Numbered from the stretch's first letter, positions 49,931-62,839 are shown. The stretch: 64,000 nucleotides of DNA from Massalongia carnosa (GCA_965645245.1 OZ287087.1:1178001-1242000); one strand, 5' to 3'. Numbers and translations are program-made. Notes: a model not told the origin generated them from the sequence alone.

Positions 49931-50385
49931 GGCGAGAAACTTAGTAGTGACTGAAAGAATGTGGATCTGTGACCTTTCTTATAGACAAGGAAAAAACAGT
50001 CCCTCCTTAGCCAGTGTCCACTCTGATGTCTCAACAGAGAAACCTGTTAGCTTAACATGCTTGTTTGCCATGATGAGAATTTCAACTCCGGCTTTTTCAA
50101 GGGTCCAATTGACCAAAAGAAAATTGATTATTCCAATTGATTTAACCGGCCTTAGGCCGGTTAGATAATAAGAGGCAACTGCCGCACAATCTCATCTAGT
50201 GCCTTAAGGAGGCATAATTGCCAAAAAGAAAGGTCTTTGTGCCTTCGATCAATGAGTTTACTAAGCTCTTTGATGTCCGAGGGATTTTGTATTGTTTGCG
50301 TGTCCAGAACTCAACCACGGGTGAACTGACGCTTTGATGATTTTTGAACCAATGGGGCGCTCAGGGCCAGCAATATACTTTTTTT

Positions 50386-50936
50386 GCCTTCGACCATCGA
50401 GCTTAGCGAGCTCTTTTGGTGTCCGAGGACTTCGGTGCCTTCGACCATCGAGATTAGCGAGCTCTTTGGTGTCCGAGGACTTCGGTGCCTTCGACCATCT
50501 AGCTTAGCGGGCTCTTTGGTATCCGAGGACTTGAGCGACTTCGACCATCGAGCTTAGCACGCCCTTTGGTGTCCGAGGACTTGAGTGCCTTCGACCATCG
50601 GGCTTAGCAAGCTCTTTGGTGTCCGAGGGCTTGAGTGCCTTCGACCATCGGGCTTAGCAAGCTCTTTGGTGTCCGAGGACTTGAGTGCTTTCGACCATCG
50701 AGCTTAGCAAGCTCTTTGGTGTCCGAGGACTTGATTGCCTTCGACCATCGAGCTTAGCAAGCTCTTTGGTGTCCGAGGACTTAATTGCCTTCGACCATCG
50801 AGCTTAGCAAGCTCATTGGTGTCCGAGGACTTGAGTGCCTTCGACCATCGAGCTTAGCAAGCTCTTTGGTGTCCGAGGGCTTGAGTGCCTTCGACCATCG
50901 AGCTTAGCAAGCTCTTTGGTGTCCGAGGGCTTCGGT
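50386..50936. repeat. 11 x 50-bp tandem repeat in Copia 5' leader
   Basis: Unit GCCTTCGACCATCGAGCTTAGCAAGCTCTTTGGTGTCCGAGGACTTGAGT starts at 50386, 50437, 50487 ... 50887. A degenerate extra copy lies at ~50241. Confidence 0.95.
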
Positions 50937-51185
50937 GTAGTACGATCAATGTGTTCATGCTCTTTCTAACACCCAGTTTTTGTTCTTCTGACAAGAAATC
51001 GCTGTGTACAGAAGAGAGAACTGATTGATGTGATTTAAGGGATCGTTTCTAAAGATACAGAAAGATTTTAGTCATGTGTCTACGATTCATTGAATAGGAA
51101 CGATGCTTAGCTGATTGCACTGCGAAGCTGCGGATTAAAAGTTTCGATTCGTTTAAATCGATAGCACCCTTCCGGGCTCATAACC

Positions 51186-51459
51186 TGTTGAAATAGGTGT
51201 ATGACTTTGGCTATATGGCTATGTAATAATAAAGGTATGTATGACCGTGATGTTAAGGATGAAGAGTTGCTAGGCAGCAATCTTTTCCTATTACTGGTCA
51301 CCCCCTTCTAAGCGAGGGGATATTATCTTATCTTGGGACTAAGCCTAATGCGGCATCTACGGAATCCGTAGATGATCTGTCCATCTAGGGCAGCCGTAGG
51401 TGCTATGTTCATCGTACTGATATGTGTTCATTTTGCTGGTAGGAATTGGATATTCAACA
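51186..51459 (-). repeat. Copia 5' LTR
   Basis: Matches 46302-46575; followed on the minus strand by the PBS. Confidence 0.95.
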
Positions 51460-52552
51460 TGAAATTTCGACAATTTTTAAAAAATATTGTTATGATTTAT
51501 CTAGAACTAGTTTATAGAAAAATTAAAAGCGAAAATAATCAAAATAAAAAAGAAAAGAACAATTGAAAGACACATTTCGTTTTTATAAAATTCTGCGTTC
51601 ACTAATTATCAATCGATTCAATCCCGATTTCTTTTGCTTGTATTTATTTTAATTTGAAAATTAAATTTAAAGTAGTTAAATCAATAATTTGATATTGAAG
51701 TAGTATCGAGAAAAATCGTGACAAGTATTACTGTAAAAATTTTCTATTTATTATTATTGTTATCATGAATAACTTTATCAAATCAAGTTGAATTTTCAAA
51801 ATTCTTGATTATTTAAGTTTTTCAATTAAAAATATATATTTAACACATATATTGTTTTTACGTTATCATTTCAATATTTTTATTTTGATATTGTTGAATA
51901 TTTAAGAAATCTCTTCTTTTTTCATGAATAACTTTATCAAATCATGTGATACTCTCAAATTTCTCTAAGATTTAAGATTCTGATTCAATTTTGCGTATTT
52001 ATCATATATAACATTTTTTACGTTATTTACTTTTCAAAAAACTCAGTTTTTGAAGTTTAAGATTTTTGTTTTAATTAATAATGTTTTCATGAATAACTTT
52101 ATCAAATCAGATTAAATTTTCAAAATTTGTGAAAATTTAAGATTCTGATTTTATTCTGCATATTTAACATATTAATGTTTTTAATGTTATTCAATTTTTG
52201 ATATTTCAATTTTGAAGTTTAAGATTTTTATATAATATATTCTGTTTTAATGAATAACTTCAACAAATCACGTTTGATTTTCAAATTTTTCAAAATTTTA
52301 CTTTTGCATATAGTTGATTACAATTTATATATATAAAGTTAGTCACGTTATCTATTATTTTAAGATTCGTTTATTTTGATTTTCATAATTTAAACTCTTA
52401 GACTTGAATCTTCAAAATTACGCGAATAAATACTCGTTTATCAATTTTGCTGTAGTTTGAATCTTTAATCGCGATTCTATGTATACAGTTTTTAAAAGAT
52501 TTGTGATTTTGATGCATTTTTTGCGTATTTTACTTACATATCGATTGTTACG

Positions 52553-55500
52553 ATTATTGAAAAACGGAAGGAAGAATGACGGCACTCGAACAATCAAACG
52601 CGCTCTCGAGAACGCACAGCGAAAGGAGGAATGGTTTGCACGTAAAGATCAAGTAGTACATTGATCGAGTGAGCATCGTGAGTGACTCGAAGGCATTGCT
52701 GTTGCTGAAAAATTCAGCGAAAATTTTGCAAGCGCAAAACCTAGTCGATGACAAATTTGCAGAAACTCTCAACAACATAAATGAAATATTAAAGGGAATT
52801 CAATAATCATTGACACGCATAAAGTGCAATGAGATCATTCTTCGCAGCTATGTCGCTGCTGTCGCAGGACGAGGTCGCGACGAGCTCGCATTCTCAAAGA
52901 ATCAAAATATCAAATCTCAACAGACTCGCAAAGACAAAGCATTCACATTCAGAAAAGCGCGACGTGCTCGAGAAATCATCGTTCACTTCACGAAAGATGC
53001 GATCAAGAATAAAATAAAATTAAAGTCAATCAAGAAGTTGATAACAACATTACAAAATGAAGTTGAAGAAATAAGATAAATATCGCGACTGTTAAACGAC
53101 GACATCAAAATACACGTCGAATCATTGAAAGCAAAGAAGTTTCTGCAAAAGAAGATCGATTAAACTCGCATGATGATCGATTCAACTGCGATGCACACTC
53201 GCATTTACATCGTAAGAACGAATGAAATCAAAATAAAAAACATTAAAGTGATCAATCAATCAACAGTAATCATTCATCTGCAGAACGCTAACATACCTCT
53301 GCACTTTAATTTGAAGTTCGTAAAAATAATCTGATCAATCAAGATCATCAGAAAGAAAAAAGCGTATTCGACGTTTCATATAAAGATTGTTATCATCGAG
53401 AAGATTAATCGATTAATCATCGAGAATTTAATGAAAATTTACGAAATATAGAATTGCGAGCGCTTTACACGTGATTGCATCATGACTCAATGCTTTAACT
53501 TTCAAAATTACGATCACATCGATAAATCATGTCGCAATCTAGTCGCCTGTGATCATTACGTCGATGAACATCAAAGCAAAGAATGCAATCTGAAGACAAC
53601 AGAACAGTATCGTCGCTGCGTCGTATGCGAAAAAAAGAAACACGAAGCATGATTCACAGCATGCAAAGTCTGAAAAGCTGAAAAGCGAAAAACTGAAATA
53701 ACAATGCAAAATCGCGATCTTCTTTACGCAATCGAATCAATTTCAAATTTAACTTCAACGAGAATCGACACTTACAGTCACACAAACGAAAGAAATCTCG
53801 TCAACGTGAAATATAGTAAACGACAAGAGAAGAAAACTTCATAGTATCACGTCATCATTCGATTCATTTTCGAGTTTTCATCGAAAAGAAGACGTAATCA
53901 TCTGAGCTAATATAGAAATCATGAATCCTGAAAATATGATAAAGATCTTAGCAAAATTAGTACTGAAAAGATTTCGTGCAGATTTCGTAGCATTAACGAC
54001 AGAAACTCAGATCACATCAAACACAATTATCGAAACGATGCAAATTCTTTAAAAGATACAAAATTTCTCTTTATATTGCAGTATGATGTCAGAAATAACA
54101 GAGTGAATACTATGATATCTCTCTTAACAGACACAAAAATTCAGAATTATAATATTATTGCAATACAGGAATCGTGACGAAATTCATTTGATTTCATATC
54201 GCTCAGTTTTCATCAAAGCGACTTTCATTTTCTATATCGCTCGGAAAGTGACATTAGAGTGTGCTTTTATATCAAGGATTTAATAGACACTGACAGCTGA
54301 AAAATGAAATACTTCTCGATTGACATGCGCACTTTGAAAATAAAAATCTTAGTCAAAGACATCATGAAAACAATTCACGTTCATAATGTGTATAATCTCT
54401 CTTTCGTCTTTCATTCATTATCAAATAATCTCACTACTTTATCGACGACTCGAAGCATGCTTATCGTCGATACGCATCACATATTACTTGAAGATTGCAA
54501 TCTGCATCATTTATTTTGAAATGATTTCTCAATACTCAAACAATACGCTGCTGCTGATCAATTATTAAAAATAAAAAAAATCGATGATCACAATCTCTCG
54601 TTGAAACTGTCGAAAGACATCGTAACATGAAAAGCAAGAAACACGTTTAAAACGATAAATTTGATTTTCATATCAGAATATTTAGTTGAAAGAATCGAAC
54701 ACTGCATGTTCAGATCAGAATTAAATCAATCATTTGATCATGTATCGATATCAATTCGCATTTTACTCGAGAGCGAATCGCAATCGAAAATGAAACGCAG
54801 AACATGAAAACTTTTAAATCTGAAAAAATTAAAAGAAATCGAACGTCACGCATTTGCATCGAAATCTTTTCGCATTACTGTCGAAATTGATGCGTACACG
54901 AAATCGATTCAAAAATTTCTACAAAAGATCATCAACGAAGTCGTTTCATGAGCAAAGCTCAGCGAATATGTTAAGCTCTTTTAAATTGAAGAATGCAGTA
55001 CTGTCATCAAAGTCACACGAAAATTACGTCGCATATGATCTAGCACGCTAAATCTAACGAACTGATTTAATTATATGAAATTCAATGACAAAAAACAGAA
55101 AAATTTTCAAAAGACAAAGAAAACAAACTTTCGTCAAAAAATCAATAAAATCATCGAAACGTTTCAAAGACTATGACGATTAACAAAATGAATCAAAGAC
55201 AAATGTTATTTATTTAAAGAAGTATTGAAAATGTCAATGCTAAAATTCAATGATAAAGTAACAGACACGTTCGATCAAAAAGTCGAAATGCTGAAAGGCC
55301 TCTTTTTTCTCGCATCATCATCAGTCGATTTAAGCGACATAAAAGGATTCTTCTATTCTACATCGCCGTACTGTTCAATAATCATAATCAAATCGAAAGT
55401 ATCGACGACTCTGAATCGATTCAAGTTCGATAAGACATCGAGCTCAGACGGCATATTTAACAAAATATTCAAAGTATGCAGTGAAAAATTTGTCGAATTA

Positions 55501-58353
55501 TTAACATTTCTGTTTCAGGCCTGCGTCACATATTCTTATCATTCGCGAGTCTTCAAAGTGACAAATACAATAACGCTGAAAAAATCAGACAAAGAAGATT
55601 ATATAAAATCGAAAGCTTATGGATTAATTGCACTGCTCAGCACGCTCAGTAAAGTTATAAAATTCATCATTGAATCGAAAATAATTTATTTAGCGAAAAC
55701 TCATCGATTATTACTAGACACACAGATGAGAGCAAAAAAGAACAGATTCATAAAGTCAGCACTGAAACTGTTAACTGAACAGGTTCACACGATTTGTGAA
55801 CAGAAAAAAGACAAAATAATCACACTGTTAAGTATGAACGTCGTCGACGCGTTTGACATGATGTTACATCAACGAATAACGCACAATTTACGAAAAAAAA
55901 TATTTCAAAATGAATCACTGAATTGATTAAACAGCTTTTTGAGCGATCGAAACATCACTTTAATCATGAATCGAAAAGTCATCGAGCGATTTGCGATAAA
56001 AACGAGTATTTCACAGAATTTTCTTCTGTCATTCATTCTCTATCTATTTTACTATGCAGATTTACTGAAAATATGTGATCGATCAGACAAAAACACAAGT
56101 GTAATAGAATTCGTAGACGATGCGAACATTTTGACATATGAAAAAAGCATCGAGAAAAATTGCAAAACTTTAGAGACAATACACAGGCAATTTGAGACGT
56201 GAATTTTTCGACGCGAGTTCGTATTCGCTTCGATCAAGTACGAACTCATACATTTGTTTAAAAATCTCAAAAAATTCAACATGACTGCATCTATCAACAT
56301 TGCTTGCATCGAAATTGAATCAAAACGAACATAAGAATATTGAGCCTGCATATTGACATCAAATTAAATTGAGGATCACACGTTAGCAAAACGCAAGAGA
56401 ATATAATCAAACAATTCATGACATTGACAAAAATTTTCACATCGATCTGAAATGTCATTTTCGTCAAGACTAGACAAGTCTATAATGTCGTGATGCGATC
56501 GATTATGACATATGAATCAATCGTATGACATATGCTCAAGGATGTCAAAAAGTCAAAAACGTCAACGAGCAAGTTTTTCGTCATGCAAAACAATTGTCCT
56601 CACATCATACTCGATGTCTTTAAAGTCACTCTCATCTCAGTACTAGAAGCAGAGACATTCATAGCGCTCATAGACATGCATCTCGACATGTCACAGGCAC
56701 AGAAAAGGCATCGATTCCGAGTCGAAGGTCAATCAAAAATCATCTTCTTCGCATGCAACAAAATAGCTGACAAACTTCGAGGAAAGACAGATCGCAAACG
56801 ATTTCAAAAGCTCACTTCGAGAAAGATGAAGCACATCTGCGTTAAAGGTTTATTGATCGATTCCAAAATAATTTATTCATCAAAGACATACTCATCATAA
56901 TTCGAAATCTATTCGACGTGACATCGCGAAGATATCGTTGCGACAACAATTCGAAATAAACAGATGCAAGCAATCAAAGCACATGATGCGCATATCAAAA
57001 TCGCGTCATCGAATTCTTCATAACACAATTAGTTTCATTGAGCAAGAAACGACTGAAAATACACACGCAGTTAAAAAAGACAAAAAGCGCTTTAACAATA
57101 CAAATTCGCATTGACAAGATCGAATTAACTGACTTTCTTTACAAGCGACGAATGCTCTTCCTAATTTCATCGATCTGTTCATGTGATTGACACAGACAAA
57201 TTTCAGAACATGTCATCATGTTTAAAGTGACCGATAGGTTGGGTTGTAACCCTAATAGGGCTCCCAACCCAACCCAATAGAAAATTTCGGACATAATTAA
57301 TGTCCACTAGGGTTGACCGGATATGTCGTTTGTCCGACGCCCAACCCAATCCTAAAAATGCATGTCCTAAGCTTAGATAAGAAAAGAACGTACGTTGAAC
57401 ATCAAAACAGTTCATCATCTGCATCTAAATTTTTAACATCACCTACTAACTACTATACAGATATAATTTATGAAATTATATACCTTATCAGGCGTATTCA
57501 AATGATTCAAAAATCATCAAAAATGAATCGCTTTTGATAACGTTATGATGGATAGAAGTTGAAATGATCAGAAATATTGCGCCCGGTGAGCAATTTGCCC
57601 CTCCTCCGCTCACCGGGCGCAATATTTCTGATCATTTCAACTTCTATCAATCATAACGTTATCAAAAGCGATTCGTTTTTGATGATATTTGCATTATTAG
57701 AATGCGCCTGATGAGGTCTATAATTTCATAAATTATCTCTAAAGAGTAGTCAGTAGATGATAATTTAGATGTAGATGCAGATAATGAACTGTTTTGATAT
57801 TCGTTCGGGAGTAATCGAGTAGGGCAACCCAACGGACAAACGTCCTAGGGTTGGACAACTAGGCCGAATTTGTCCAACCCTGTCGGGGTCAAACGTACGG
57901 ACTAGGACATCAACTTTGTCCTAAACCCAACCCAACGGCCACCCTAATATAGTTCTGCAGATTTATTGACAACAAAGAACAGATGTTTCGCGTCATCGAC
58001 ACGAACGACTATCAACATCTGATCGAATCATCAAAAATTCTGAAGATATTAACCGCTTGACTAATGAAAACAGACTTATTGATTCAATTTTCACTAGCAT
58101 CAACAATATTGTACAATCAACAATAGTTGAACTTCTTTTCATTTTCACATCATAAGCAATCACAGTTTCACATGTTTTTGCTCTGCGTTTTTTGCTCGAT
58201 GACGACTCGAAATCGTATCGAACGAATATCATGAGATATTATTTTTACATCTTTGAAAGGTTTTCCATGTATCATAACCTAGATAGCTTTGCCGGCATGG
58301 GCCGGCCTACGGCCGGTGTCATATCGGAGTATAAATTCATCATCATCATCATC
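52553..58353 (+). mobile_element. Mirror copy of hypermutated LINE (without Gypsy, with MITE)
   Basis: TSD ATCGATTGTTACG at 52540-52552 and 58354-58366. Decayed ORFs nearly the same as the left copy (55225-55926 vs 15325-15852; 54854-55051 vs 16026-16223). Confidence 0.92.
57223..57946. mobile_element. Mirror copy of hAT-like MITE
   Basis: Same length (724 bp), same insertion site in the LINE; flanks ATCATGTT/ATATAGTT. Confidence 0.88.
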
Positions 58354-58692
58354 ATCGATTGTTACGTTATTTGTTTTTCAAAATTTCAATTTTAAATTTC
58401 GAGATTTTTGTAATAATTAATATTGTTTCCTTGAATAACTTCATCAAATGATATCTCATTTTCAAAATTCGTGAAGATTTAAGATTTTGATTCAATTTTG
58501 CGTATTTAACATAGATAATGTTTTTTGCGTTACTGACTATTCAAAATTTCAAAATTTGAAATTCGAGGTTTTTGTATCATTTGATATTGTTTTCATGAAT
58601 AACTTCATCAAATCAAGTCAGATTTTCAAAACTCTTGAATATTTAATCTTTTTCAGTAAAATACTCATATTAACATATATATTGTTATTTGC

Positions 58693-60321
58693 CCCCTGTC
58701 ATCCATTCTTTACCTATTTTACAATGCAGATCTATTGGAAATATGTGATCGACCAGGCAAAAACACAAGTGCAATAGGATTCGTAGACGACGCAAACATT
58801 TTGGCATATGGAAAAAGAACCGAGGAAAACTGCAAAACTCTAGAGGCAGTACACAGACAATGTGAGACGTGGGCTTCCCGGCACGGGTCCGTATTCCCTC
58901 CGACGAAGTACGAACTCATACACTTGTCTAGAAATCCCAAAAGATTCATCATGACTGCATCCATTAATATTGCTAGCACCGAAATTTAACCTAAAATGGA
59001 TATCAGAGTATTGGGCCTACAAATCGACACCAAATTGAAATGGGGACCGCACGTTCGCAAAACGCAAGAGAAAATGGTCAAAGAATCCATGGCATTGACA
59101 AAAATTTCCACATCAACCTGGGATGCCACCTTCGCCAAGGCAAGGCAGATTTACAGTGCCGTGGTGCGTCCGGCCATGATATATGGGTCAACCGTATGGC
59201 ACATGCCCAAAGAAGTCAAAAAGTCAAAAACGTCAACAAGTAAACTCTCCGTCATGCAAAACAATTGCCTTCGCACTATAGCCGGTGCCTTTAAAGCCAC
59301 TCCCATCTCAGTACTAGAAGCAGAGACATTTAAAGCGCGCATAGTCACGCATCTCGACATACTACAAGCACATACAAGGCACCGGCTCCGAGCCGGAGGC
59401 CAATTGAAGATCATCCCCTCCATATGCAACAAAATAGCTGACAAACTTCAAGGCAAGGCAGGTTGCAATCGACTTCATAGCCCACCCCGGGAGAGCTGAA
59501 ACACATCTGGGCCAAAAGCCTACTGATCGACTCAAAAATAGTTCAACCACCAAAGGCACACCCACAATAGTTCGAAGTCTACCCGGCGTTGCACCGCGAA
59601 GCTACCTTTGCGGCAACGGCCCGACACAAGCAGATGCAAACAATCAAAGCACGACAAATGAAGGTCTAGAACGACTCGTGGTACGCATATCAAAATCGCG
59701 TCATCGAACCCTCCATAGCACAATCAGTCCCACTGAGTAAAAAACGGCTGAAAATACACACGCAGATAAAAAAGGCCGAAAGCGCTCTAACGACTCAAAT
59801 CCGCACTGGCAAAATCGGGTTAGCTGACTTCCTCTATAAGCGACGGTTGCCCTCCGTCGCCTCACCGGCCTGCTCATGTGGCTGGCACAGACATGTATTC
59901 ATGTTCTGCAGACTTATTGACAATAGAGAACAGATATTTCGCGCCGCCGGCACGAGCGACTATCAGCAGCTGACCAAATCATCAAAAACTCTGAAGATAC
60001 TAACTGCTTGGCTAATGAAAACAGGCTTATTGAATCAATTCTCACTAGCATCAACATTATTGTAAAATCCACAATAGTTGAACCTTTCTTTCGTTCTTCT
60101 CTTTTCACAAGGCATTACAGTTCCCACAAGTCTTTTGCACTGCATCTCCCGTCCGACGTCGACCCGTAGTCACATCGGACGGGTATCAAGGGACATGGTT
60201 TTTACACCTGTGAAAGGTTTTCCATTTAACATAACTTAGATAGCTTTGCCCGCATGAGCGGGCCTACGGCCGGTATCATATCGGAGTATGAATATATTAT
60301 CAACATCATCATCATAATCAT
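58693..60321 (+). mobile_element. Mirror copy of 5'-truncated LINE
   Basis: Same 5' truncation point and flanks as 11261-12756. RT FVDD fragment through 3'UTR and tail. Confidence 0.88.
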
Positions 60322-60825
60322 CATTGTTATTTACGTTATCAGTTTTTCAATGTTTTTTATTTGACATTTTTGAACTTTTAAGATATCAGTACTCCTTTCA
60401 TTAATAACTTTATCAGATCACGTAATATTTTCAAATTTCTTGAATATTTGAAATTTCGATTCAAATTTGCGTATTTAACATATTAAATGTTTATTTGCGT
60501 TACTCACTTTTCAAAATTTCAATTTTTGAAGTTCGAGGTTTTTCTGTTAATTGACATTGTTTTCATGAATAACTTCATCAAATCAAGTCGGATTCTCAAA
60601 ATTCTTGAATATTTGTGGACTGCATGTATTTAGTTATGTTTCATATATAAAAGGTTTCTTAAGTTACCGCTTTTATAAAATGATATTGTGAAAACACTTC
60701 GAGATTCCACTCGCTGAATGGAACTCTGCAGGATTCCATTCGGAAAATGTGTTTCCGGCTCCGCCGTCCAATCGGAAAGATTCCCTGAGTGGAAAATCGG
60801 AGGGTTCCAGAGAATACTACCGTTA

Positions 60826-61125
60826 GAGTTTTTATGTTTCTGTACTTTCGTCGCTCAAAACCTTCTCGAATATTCTTTGCGTCGCGATTTTTCTAAAATC
60901 TAGCAATGATGGAATTTTTATTCATGAAACATGTTTCAATTTCGAGAACGGGCTATATGCATCAAACTTTCGAAAGAAATTCGAACATTTCTTGTAAATG
61001 AATTGAGAAAATAGAAATTATTTCAATGAGGTTTCCTCAGACGACAAGTATGCCGCTTAAGTAAATCTGATCACTAACAGTTTTATGGAATGAGACCTTC
61101 GATTCAATTACTCATATAGGTTAGA
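60826..61125 (-). repeat. Mirror decayed copy of the ~300-bp module
   Basis: Reverse complement of 10453-10755. Confidence 0.87.
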
Positions 61126-61216
61126 CGTGATCTGATCGAGATGAAACTATAAAATAAAGAATCTATCGCTCATTTCTTTCGAAGATAACTGATCAATTGA
61201 TCTGGAGCTTGTACAA

Positions 61217-62839
61217 ATGATGATCAACAAATCTACACAAGACCGCGAGAGACGCAAGAAGGAGCAGGAGAAGACGATAAAGCTCTTGGGAGCAAAGATA
61301 GATGAGTATTTAAAGCTTGGCAACAGCTCAGGAGACCCAGTGGCGCACTCTTTGTTAAATGAGGTAAAAGCCACGTTGCAGACGCGGATCCATATTAACT
61401 CGGACAATGAAGACACCAGCATGGTGGCGGAATCCCTACGGGACATAAAGAACGCGCTCAATCGCATGGAAGGCGTTAGAAAGAACAACGAGCCCACCAC
61501 AAGCTACGCCACCGCGGCAACCCCATCGACATCCCGAGCCCAAGTCGGGCCCAACCCAACGTACAATCTAAGACACCCAAGACCTCAAAAAACCAAAGAA
61601 CTATCCCCTAGCGAGGCCAAAAGAGCCCGGGAGGTCACACTACGGTTCACCAATGAGGCCGATCGAAAAAGAGTAAGACAGCTGCCCACCCAGGAGCTGG
61701 TGGAATCGCTGCAGAAAAATGTCGGAGGAATAGTGGGAATATCTCGACTCACAAGCGGGGACATACGGATCCACGCAGAATCAGCAGAGATCAAGAAGAC
61801 CCTACACGAGAACACCAAGTGGATCACCGCGGTCGCAGCGTCAGCCACGGTCCAGCGCCGCACCTTTGCAGTACGAGCTAGCGGAGTCAAGGTGGAACAT
61901 ATCGATGCCACCAATCAGAATCAAATCATACAGTACCTGCAGACAGCTAATGCACGATTACACCCAGGCCTAAAAATCACGAGGATCGCCTGGTCGTTCA
62001 GGGCTATCAAAGAAAAGAAGGCATACTCATCGCTGCACATAGAAGTAGAGACCCCTTCTATGGCCAACCGCCTTATTAACGAAGGCTTCCTGGTCGACCA
62101 CGAGATAAAGAACTGCGAAAAATTTGCGAAGAGCTGCAAGCTGACGCAGTGCTTTAACTGCTACAAATACGGACATATAGGAAAACGTTGCCGCAATCCT
62201 ACGGCGTGCGGCCACTGCGCCGGCGGGCATCCGACCAACGAATGCAACCCGGAAACAACCGGTAGACAGAAGAGATGCGCATGCTGCGACGAGAGAGGCC
62301 ACGTAGCGTGGGCCCCCACATGCAAACTCAGGATACAAGAAATGAGTAAGATAGAGAAGGCTAGGAAAAGCTCGTCGCAGCTCTTCGCTACGGGCAACCC
62401 GATCGTAGCACGATCATTCATCTTTTCGTCCCAGGCCCCAACTGACAAAGAAAGCAATGCAGCACTAGGAGAGGCAACGGAAAGCCCCGTCAATGGTATC
62501 CCGAAAGTTGCCAGCAGCAAGAAAAGTAAAACCGCCCCATACGGCTCTCATGAAGTATCGCCGGCAGGCCCAAGCCGCCCAACAGGAACGTCGTGGAAGG
62601 ACACAGAGATCATGAAGCCCATGAACATGCAAAGAGCAATGGCAAAGCCCATTCTAGGCAGACCACCCAACACGTCAACGACGATGGCTGCAACACCCGC
62701 CACCACCCGCACCAATCCCGCCGCCCACCCGCTGCAACCTTCCCCGCCGACCCCCGACACACCTCCCCCCCTCGACGACCAAGGACTAATTACCCGCACC
62801 GCTCCTGCAACGGACGTAATGGAAGAAGGATGTTTATGA
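61217..62839 (+). CDS. LINE ORF1 gag-like, 540 aa
   Basis: CFNCYKYGHIGKRC, CGHCAGGH and CACCDERGH knuckles. Confidence 0.93.
   Translation: MMINKSTQDRERRKKEQEKTIKLLGAKIDEYLKLGNSSGDPVAHSLLNEVKATLQTRIHINSDNEDTSMVAESLRDIKNALNRMEGVRKNNEPTTSYATAATPSTSRAQVGPNPTYNLRHPRPQKTKELSPSEAKRAREVTLRFTNEADRKRVRQLPTQELVESLQKNVGGIVGISRLTSGDIRIHAESAEIKKTLHENTKWITAVAASATVQRRTFAVRASGVKVEHIDATNQNQIIQYLQTANARLHPGLKITRIAWSFRAIKEKKAYSSLHIEVETPSMANRLINEGFLVDHEIKNCEKFAKSCKLTQCFNCYKYGHIGKRCRNPTACGHCAGGHPTNECNPETTGRQKRCACCDERGHVAWAPTCKLRIQEMSKIEKARKSSSQLFATGNPIVARSFIFSSQAPTDKESNAALGEATESPVNGIPKVASSKKSKTAPYGSHEVSPAGPSRPTGTSWKDTEIMKPMNMQRAMAKPILGRPPNTSTTMAATPATTRTNPAAHPLQPSPPTPDTPPPLDDQGLITRTAPATDVMEEGCL

Larger units (their letters stand above)
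46302..51459 (-). mobile_element. Ty1/Copia LTR retrotransposon, degenerate (right arm only)
   Basis: 274-bp LTRs and 5-bp TSD TGAAA (46297-46301, 51460-51464). PBS GGTTATGAGCCC and PPT TGAGGGGGG on the minus strand. IN-RT-RH order. Empty site at ~32914 in the left arm. Confidence 0.95.
40084..61198. repeat. Right arm of giant inverted repeat
   Basis: Reverse complement of 10380-33669 once the LINE 40308-45670 and the Copia 46302-51459 are removed. The outer end is cut by the LINE at 61199. Confidence 0.93.

Noticed and set aside
50386..50936. CRISPR array
   Set aside because: Head-to-tail units with no unique spacers, no cas genes, and located inside a eukaryotic Copia element.
10380..61198. 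Palindrome as a chimeric-read or assembly artefact
   Set aside because: The arms differ by TSD-flanked insertions, private deletions (near 12187, 15187, 56983) and scattered substitutions, which a fold-back artefact would not create.
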